DNA of 64,000 bases, from positions 1 to 64,000 of the forward strand of contig CAWFKH010000002.1 of the NCBI GenBank assembly GCA_963816355.1. The letters are read 5' to 3'. How positions within the stretch are numbered: position 1 is the stretch's first letter; each line of letters starts with the position of its first letter. A program made the translations under genes and the position numbers. Shown one piece after another: positions 57,342 to 64,000 of this stretch. The notes beneath the pieces are model-generated. The model did no database searches. It saw nothing but the letters and a program-made list of their open reading frames with translations, and was not told the DNA's origin. This DNA comes from an uncultured Gemmatimonadales bacterium. Its GTDB lineage: Bacteria > Gemmatimonadota > Gemmatimonadetes > Longimicrobiales > RSA9.

Positions 57342-59551
57342 CGTTCCATGGGTTCGGGGGTGTGGATCGGCGCACGCCGCGGCGCCCGCCGCCGTCTCGC
57401 CGTCGTGGTTGCGACTTCGGGTGAAGCCATCCGGCCCGGCCACCAGTTCCAGCGCCCGGCGATGGCGAGCACGGCCGGCGCGACCACCAGGCGGACCACC
57501 GTCGCGTCGAGCGCCACCGCCACGGCGAGGACGAAGCCCAGGATCCGCATCGGCACGAGGTCGCCCGCCGCGAACGCGACGAAGATGCTCACCATGATCG
57601 CCGCCGCGCCGGTGATCACGCGCGCGCTCCGCGCGACGCCGCGGACGATCGCGGCGCCGTCGTCCGCCCCCGCGCGCCGCGCCTCGGCGATGCTGCCGAC
57701 GAGAAAGACCTCGTAGTCCATGCTGATGCCGAAGACGGCGCAGAACGCGAGCAGCAGCACGGTCGGAAAGAGGCCGTCGAGGGGACCGGCGAGGCCCGCG
57801 AGCCGCGCGCCCACGCCGTCCTGGAACACCAGCACCGCCGCGCCGAACGCCGCCGCCACCGTAAGCAGGTTCAACGCGACCGCCTTCACCGCGATCGCCA
57901 GCGAGCGGAAGCCCGCGAGCAGGACGAGGAACGTGCCCGTCACCACGAGCAGCGCCGTCGCCGGCGCGCGCCCCGCGATCGCCGCCGCGTAGTCCAGGTT
58001 GTACGCCGGCAGCCCGCCCACCTGCAGGCGCGCGCCCGCCACACCCGCGACGCGCGCCGCGTCGGCGCGCCGCACGTCGCGCACGAGGCGCGCGACGTCG
58101 GCCGCCGAAGCCGTCGCCGCCGGTGCGACCTCGAGCGCGGCGACGCTCCGGTCCCGGCTGAGGAACGCGTCCAGCACCCGGGCCGGCACCACCTGCCGCA
58201 CGATCTCCGGCCGCTGCCCGCCCGAGACGGAGCGCGCCGAGCGCACCGCGCCCACGCGCGGGTCCCGCTCCAGCCACGCCTGCACGCGCTCCAGCGCCGC
58301 CCAGCCCGCGGGGTCGAGGAGGCGCTCCCCCCGCGGCAGCGAGAGCAGCACCCGCAGCCGCTCGGCGACGCCGCCGCGGCCGATCGAATCCAGCGCGCGC
58401 AGCCCCCGCGCCGACTCCATCGACGCCGGCAGCCAGCCCGCGTCCTCGACCGCCGGCCGCATCCGCAGCGCCGGCCACGCCAGCAGCAGGAGCGGCGGCA
58501 GCGACAACGCCAGCGCGCGCCACGGCCGCCGCGTCACCCGCTCCGCCCAGTGCGCCCAGCGCGCTTCCGCCGCGGACCCCGCGTCGCTCGCGCCGCCGCG
58601 AGCCGGGAGCCGCGCGAGCGCCCCCGGCAGCAGCGTCGTCGCGCACGCGACCGCCACGGCAACCGCGAGCAGCGCGGCCACGCCCACCGAGCGCAGCTCG
58701 CCCACCGGCGCCGCCACAAGCGGCGCGAGCCCCACCGCCACGGTGGCGCCCGCCAGCGCGATCGTGCGCACGCCGCTCGCCCGCGCCGCCAGCCGCCGGC
58801 GGTGCAGCCAGAGCGCGTAGTCGATGCCGAGCGCCAGGCCGAGCAGCGACACGACGTTGCGCGCCAGCAGCGTTACCGGCACCAGCAGCGAGACGACCGC
58901 GAGGAGCCCGAGCGACACCAGCACGACCACGCCCCCGACCAGCGCCGCCACCAGAGCGCCCGCGACGCCGCCGAACGCCCACGCGCCGAGCAGCGCCGCC
59001 GCCGGCACCGCACGCGCCTCCGCCCGCCGCGCCTCGCGCGCGCCCGTGCGCCGCAGGTCCACGTCCAGCGCCGCCTGCCCGGTCCACGCGAGGTCCGCCG
59101 CCGGAAACACCGACAGCGCCCCGGCGCGCAGCCGCGCCGTCGCGCTCCGCAGCTGCGGCAGCGCCGAATCCGTCGCGACGCCGTCCCGCAGTCCGACCAG
59201 TACGAGCGCGCCCGCGCCAGAGCGGCCCACCAGCAGCGTGTCGAGCGAGCTGGCCGGCGAGAGCGTGCCCGCCACCGCCGGCAGCGCCTCCAGCGCCGCG
59301 ACAATGCGCTCCAGCGCCGCGCGGCCGCCGCGCGTGGAGACGGGCGGAAGCCCGCGCACGACGAGCAGCGCGGAGCGCGCGAACGGCGAGTCGAACTCGC
59401 TCGCGAGCCGCCGCTCGACCGCCGCCGCCTCGCTGCCCGGCGCGGCGCTGCCCGCCCGCAGCCGCCCCTCCAGCCGCTGCGCGAGCGGAAGCGCCGCGAG
59501 CGCGGCGAGCGCCCACGCCGCCACCACCAGCCCGTGCCGGTGGCGCGTCAT
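57338..59551 (-). CDS. MMPL-family transporter
   Basis: LALGIDYAL, FGISMDYEVFL, LDATVVRLVVAPA, NWWPG. Confidence 0.92.
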   Translation of the reverse strand: MTRHRHGLVVAAWALAALAALPLAQRLEGRLRAGSAAPGSEAAAVERRLASEFDSPFARSALLVVRGLPPVSTRGGRAALERIVAALEALPAVAGTLSPASSLDTLLVGRSGAGALVLVGLRDGVATDSALPQLRSATARLRAGALSVFPAADLAWTGQAALDVDLRRTGAREARRAEARAVPAAALLGAWAFGGVAGALVAALVGGVVVLVSLGLLAVVSLLVPVTLLARNVVSLLGLALGIDYALWLHRRRLAARASGVRTIALAGATVAVGLAPLVAAPVGELRSVGVAALLAVAVAVACATTLLPGALARLPARGGASDAGSAAEARWAHWAERVTRRPWRALALSLPPLLLLAWPALRMRPAVEDAGWLPASMESARGLRALDSIGRGGVAERLRVLLSLPRGERLLDPAGWAALERVQAWLERDPRVGAVRSARSVSGGQRPEIVRQVVPARVLDAFLSRDRSVAALEVAPAATASAADVARLVRDVRRADAARVAGVAGARLQVGGLPAYNLDYAAAIAGRAPATALLVVTGTFLVLLAGFRSLAIAVKAVALNLLTVAAAFGAAVLVFQDGVGARLAGLAGPLDGLFPTVLLLAFCAVFGISMDYEVFLVGSIAEARRAGADDGAAIVRGVARSARVITGAAAIMVSIFVAFAAGDLVPMRILGFVLAVAVALDATVVRLVVAPAVLAIAGRWNWWPGRMASPEVATTTARRRRAPRRAPIHTPEPMER

Positions 59552-59588
59552 CCTTGCGTGCACGCGCTCCGGGCGCCCCTGCGCCGCG

Positions 59589-60632
59589 TCAGCGCGCGCC
59601 ACCCTCGCCGCGGAAGACCGACTTCGGCATCATCACGTGCACGCCCACGTTGCCGTCGACGAGCTCCGTGATGTCCACGTCGCCCGCCACCGACGTCAGC
59701 ATGTAGGCGTCCTCGCGGCTCAGCCCCTTCGCCGCGGCGAGGAAGTCGATCATGTTGCGCACCGCCTGCTTCGTCGCCGTCACCAGGTCCGGGTCCATCC
59801 CCATGCTGATGTAGTGCGTCGGCGTCTCCGCCCGCGGCCACGCCAGGTGCATGTCCTTGCGCACCACGATCCGCAGCGTCCCGATCAGCGAGGTCTCCAG
59901 CGCCGTGATGTCCACCTCGCCGTTCCCCTGCGCCGCGTGTCCGTCCCCCACCTCCAGCAGCGCGCCCGGCACCCATACCGGGATGTAGAGCGTCGATCCC
60001 GCCGTCAGCTCCTTGTTGTCCAGGTTCCCCGCGTGCAGCGACGGCGGCGCGCTGCTCACCCTCCCCATCGAGTCCGGTGGCGCCACGCCGATCGAGCCGA
60101 AGAACGGCCGCAGCGGCACGTCGATGCCGGGCGCGAAGTGCGCCACCCCCGCCTGCGCGTCCAGCGGCACGATCTTCATGCGCCGCTCCTGGAAGTCCTC
60201 CGGCAGAAAGCCCGATGTGGGCCCGAACGCGTTGTACGCGTAGGGAATCGCCAGGTCGATCTCCTCGATGTGGACCTCCAGCACGTCCCCCGGCTCCGCC
60301 CCCTCCACGTAGATCGGGCCGTCCAGGATGTGCCCGCCCGGACCCTTGTCCTTCACCTTCTCCACCACCTCCCGCAGCGCGGGTTCCACATCCGCCGGCG
60401 CCACCCCCGCCCCCTCCAGCCGCGCCGGCGTCGACGTGATCAGCGTGTGCACCCGCACCGCGTCCCCGGAACGGATCCGCAGCACCGGCTTCGCCTTCGC
60501 CCAGTAGTAGCCGTACGCCACCGTCGACGGCGTCGGCTCCAGCACGGTCGGCTCCTGCGCCCACGCCGGCACCGCCGCGCCGAGCCCGACCAGCGCGACG
60601 ATCCATGCCGCCGTGGTCCGCCGCGTCGCCAT
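59589..60632 (-). CDS. Acetamidase/formamidase family protein with signal peptide
   Basis: GHILDGPIYVEGAEPGD, AGNLDNKE, GDGHAAQGNGEV. Confidence 0.92.
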   Translation of the reverse strand: MATRRTTAAWIVALVGLGAAVPAWAQEPTVLEPTPSTVAYGYYWAKAKPVLRIRSGDAVRVHTLITSTPARLEGAGVAPADVEPALREVVEKVKDKGPGGHILDGPIYVEGAEPGDVLEVHIEEIDLAIPYAYNAFGPTSGFLPEDFQERRMKIVPLDAQAGVAHFAPGIDVPLRPFFGSIGVAPPDSMGRVSSAPPSLHAGNLDNKELTAGSTLYIPVWVPGALLEVGDGHAAQGNGEVDITALETSLIGTLRIVVRKDMHLAWPRAETPTHYISMGMDPDLVTATKQAVRNMIDFLAAAKGLSREDAYMLTSVAGDVDITELVDGNVGVHVMMPKSVFRGEGGAR

Positions 60633-61087
60633 CGACGCCGCCGCCGCGACGGCGGACGCCGCCGGGTGAACCGCGCCGCGATCCCGCTCCACGCACGAGT
60701 TCCGCTCCGTCATTGCACAATCCGGGAAGATTGGAGGGTTCGCCGCCCGCACGGGTCGGCTCGGCCGGCGCGCCGGCCGGCACGCGCCAGCCGGGATCGC
60801 TGCACACCCACCGGCGGCGCCGCTTCCGCGCAATAGGCGCGGCCCCTCGCCGCCGGTCAAGCGAGCCGCTCCGCGGCGCCCCGCGAGGCGCGGCCTGTCG
60901 TGGCACGCACCGCCCTTTCGCGCGGCGTTCGGCAGCGCAGCGATCCGCCCGCGCCCGCCGCGTCCACCGCGCCGGCTACATCGCTAATAAACCGTTGCAG
61001 CACAACTGTTTAGTGATACCATGCGAGAGCGGCGCCCGCGCTCCGCTCAAGCGCCGACGCACGGTGCGACGCACCGCGCCGCAAACC

Positions 61088-61117
61088 TTGACGCACCCTC
61101 CGATCGCGGCGTATCAT
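61088..61117 (+). promoter_or_regulatory. Candidate sigma70 promoter for the TonB-dependent receptor
   Basis: TTGACG-N18-TATCAT. Confidence 0.55.
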
Positions 61118-61601
61118 CGGGCATCTTTTCACGCACCTGGATGATTGCGGACCACGACGGCGTGATCTCTCTCCCGATGACTGGCACAGGCGCCGGCCGC
61201 CCTCACGCGCACGCGAGCGCGCGTGCCACGCCCTTGTTTGCCCGTCACGCCGGCAGGCATCGCTCGGCGCCGCCGAGCCGGTCCGAGCGGGCCCGTCACG
61301 ATCCGACGCACCCGGGCGTTCCCTTCGCGGCGGCGGCATCCCTGCCACCGTTGCGGCCTCGTTGCACAGAGACGGCTTCTTCGCGACCGGCGCCCGATAC
61401 GCTTCGGTCTCGATTCTCGACCCGTACCCCGATCCTCGTTCCCTGAACTGCGGAGAAATGCATGAGACGCGAGCCAGTTCGCCTCCCCGGCGGCCTCGCT
61501 TTGTGCGTCGTGCCGAAGTGCTCGGCCGAAGCGCACGCGCAGGGTCCAGATACCGTCACCGCTTCCCGTTCAACCCCCGCTGTCGTGCCAGGAGGTCGGT
61601 C

Positions 61602-64000
61602 ATGAAACGCCTCATCGCCCTCTGTCTGTTCCTCGTACCCTTGCTGGTTTCGCCGCGGGCGGCGCACGCGCAGGGCGTGACGACGGGCGCGATCATCGGC
61701 ACGGTGGTCGGCCCCGACGGCCAGCCGGTCTCGGGAGCGAGCATCATCGCGGTGCACGTCCCCTCCGGCACGCGCTACGGCACAGTGAGCCGCGACGATG
61801 GCCGCTTCGCGATCCCCGGCATGCGCGTCGGCGGCCCGTACACGGTGACCGTCTCGCACATCGGGTTCGAGGCGACGCCGACGGAGAACGTCTACGTCAA
61901 CCTCGGCGCTTCGACGGACCTGCGTCTCACGGTGCACGAGCGGGCGGTGGAGCTCCAGGGGATCACCGTGACGGCGGCCGGCTCGGGGATCCTGAGCTCG
62001 GAGCGGACGGGCGCGACGACGACGGTCTCACGCGACGCGATCCAGGTGCTGCCGACGGTGTCGCAGCGGATCGAGGATTTCGCCCGCCTTACGCCGCAGT
62101 ACAGCAGCGTCTCGTTCGGCTTCTCCTTCGCCGGACAGGACAACCGCATGAACAACATGACGGTGGACGGATCCTACTTCAACAACTCGTTCGGTCTCGC
62201 GGGCCAGCCGGGCGACCGCACGGGCGTGGCGCCGATCTCGCTGGAAGCGATCGAACAGCTGCAGGTCGCCGTGGCGCCCTTCGACGTGCGCCAGGGCAAC
62301 TTCGTCGGCGCCGGCGTCAACACCGTCACGCGCAGCGGCACCAACGAGCTGCGCGGCTCCATCTATCGCCAGTTCCGCAACGACGGCTACGTGGGCAAGA
62401 CCGCGGGCGACAACACGGTCGATCCCGGAACGTTCACCTTCCACAACACCGGCGGCTGGATCTCGGGGCCGATCATCCGTGACAAGCTCTTCTTCTTCGC
62501 GGACTACGAGGACGAGGCGCGCACGGAGCCCGGCACCACCTTCCTCGCGAACGCCGGCGGACAGGAGGTCGGGGGCAACGTCACGCGCGTGCTCGCCTCC
62601 GACCTGGATGCACTGAGCAGCTTCCTGAGCTCGAACTTCAACTACACGACCGGTCCCTATCAGGGTTACGACTCCGAGACGCCCGCGAAGCGGTTCATCG
62701 GCAAGCTGGACTACAACGTGAACGACCGGAACAAGCTGAGCATCCGCTACAACCTGCTCAACTCGAAGACGGACGTGCTCGAGTCGAACTCCTCCTCGCT
62801 CGGTTTCGGCAGCCGCCGCACGAGCACGCGGAGCCTCAACTTCCAGAACTCGAACTACATCATCCTCGAGAACATCCGCTCCGTCGTCGGCGAGTGGAAC
62901 TCGACGATGGGCCCGAACAAGTCGAACAACCTGATCCTCGGCTACACGTACCAGGACGAGAGCCGCGAATCACGCGGAACCTTCTTCCCGCTCGTCGACA
63001 TCCTGCAGGACGGATCCACCTACACCTCGTTCGGCTTCGAGCCGTTCACGCCGGCGAACCAGCTGCGCTACGGCACCTATCAGCTTCAGGACAATTTCTC
63101 GATCTACGGTGACAAGCACACGCTGACCTTCGGCGCATCGGCCGAGCGCTACCACTCCGACAACGTCTTCTTCCCGGGGTCGCAGAGCGCCTACGTCTAC
63201 AACTCGCTCGACGACTTCTACACGGACGCCAACGACTATCTGGCGAACCCGAACCGGACGACGTCGCCGGTCACGCTGCGCCGCTTCCAGGTGCGCTGGT
63301 CGAACATCCCCGGCCAGACCGAACCGCTGCAGCCGCTCACCGTCTTCTACGGCGGCCTCTACGCGCAGGACGAGTGGCACGCCACGCGGAACATCAAGCT
63401 CACCTTCGGCCTGCGCGCCGACGTGCCCTTCTTCGGCGACACCGGGTTCGACAATCCCCAAGCGGACGCGCTCACCTTCCGTGACGAGAACAACAACCCG
63501 GTCCAGTACGACACCAAGAAGCTGCCTGACGCGAACATCCTGTGGTCGCCGCGCATCGGCTTCAACTGGGACGTGAAGGGCGATCGCAGCACGCAGGTCC
63601 GCGGCGGCACCGGCATCTTCACCGGGTCGCCGGCGTTCGTCTGGATCTCCAATCAGATCGGCAACACCGGCGTGCTGACCGGATTCGAGCGTCTCGACAA
63701 CACGACGGCACGGCCGTTCAACCCGGACCCGGATCACTACAAGCCGACGAACGTCACCGGTCAGCCGGCGTCGAGCTACGAGCTGGCGCTCACCGATCCT
63801 AACTTCAAGTTCCCGCAGCTCTGGCGCACCGACCTGGCCGTCGACCAGAAGCTGCCCGGCGGCCTGATCGGAACGGCGGAGTTTCTCTACAACCACGACG
63901 TCAACGGCATCTACTACATCAACGCCAACCTGTCCCAGCCGGACGCGACGTTCAGCGGCGCGGACAACCGGCCGCGCTGGACGAACGGGAACCGCATCAA
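61602..64000 (+). CDS. Oar-like TonB-dependent receptor with carboxypeptidase-regulatory-like N-terminal domain (3' partial; not in the ORF track)
   Basis: GGAGG RBS; MKRLIALCLFLVPLLVSPRAAHA/QGVTTGAIIG...PFDVRQGNFVGAGVNTVTRSGTN; open to the window end. Confidence 0.93.
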   Translation, partial: MKRLIALCLFLVPLLVSPRAAHAQGVTTGAIIGTVVGPDGQPVSGASIIAVHVPSGTRYGTVSRDDGRFAIPGMRVGGPYTVTVSHIGFEATPTENVYVNLGASTDLRLTVHERAVELQGITVTAAGSGILSSERTGATTTVSRDAIQVLPTVSQRIEDFARLTPQYSSVSFGFSFAGQDNRMNNMTVDGSYFNNSFGLAGQPGDRTGVAPISLEAIEQLQVAVAPFDVRQGNFVGAGVNTVTRSGTNELRGSIYRQFRNDGYVGKTAGDNTVDPGTFTFHNTGGWISGPIIRDKLFFFADYEDEARTEPGTTFLANAGGQEVGGNVTRVLASDLDALSSFLSSNFNYTTGPYQGYDSETPAKRFIGKLDYNVNDRNKLSIRYNLLNSKTDVLESNSSSLGFGSRRTSTRSLNFQNSNYIILENIRSVVGEWNSTMGPNKSNNLILGYTYQDESRESRGTFFPLVDILQDGSTYTSFGFEPFTPANQLRYGTYQLQDNFSIYGDKHTLTFGASAERYHSDNVFFPGSQSAYVYNSLDDFYTDANDYLANPNRTTSPVTLRRFQVRWSNIPGQTEPLQPLTVFYGGLYAQDEWHATRNIKLTFGLRADVPFFGDTGFDNPQADALTFRDENNNPVQYDTKKLPDANILWSPRIGFNWDVKGDRSTQVRGGTGIFTGSPAFVWISNQIGNTGVLTGFERLDNTTARPFNPDPDHYKPTNVTGQPASSYELALTDPNFKFPQLWRTDLAVDQKLPGGLIGTAEFLYNHDVNGIYYINANLSQPDATFSGADNRPRWTNGNRI

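Overview
GC-rich bacterial DNA, probably Gemmatimonadota (inferred from gene content and style, not tested). It has two parts. (1) Positions ~1-14.4 kb are a more AT-rich, decaying accessory island. It is built from repeated minus-strand modules: transcription regulator (AraC-like, or a ClpN-GntR fusion), small secreted Cys-rich peptide, 6-bladed beta-propeller lipoprotein, and membrane-anchored CxxC thioredoxin-like protein. I find three unrelated Cys-rich peptides (one absent from the ORF track), two intact and one frameshifted propeller plus several lipoprotein stubs, and two thioredoxin-like genes. The island is broken up by two IS256 elements, IS21 relics, ADOP permease fragments and a ~240-bp giant-hairpin repeat (3 copies in the window). 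This polymorphic disulfide-peptide cassette system is the best candidate for an undescribed system. (2) Positions ~14.5-64 kb are mostly intact backbone: a MacAB-like exporter without an ATPase, mntH-USP, DinB, EmrA-like adaptor, porin, ClC, MFS transporters, ppsA, an 8-gene MoxR/DUF58/BatA/DUF4159/TPR-peptidase operon, an ECF sigma/anti-sigma pair, acetamidase-MMPL-Ig-like lipoprotein, and an Oar-like TonB-dependent receptor running off the end. No rRNA, tRNA or CRISPR was seen. All family assignments are by eye from motifs, not from database searches.
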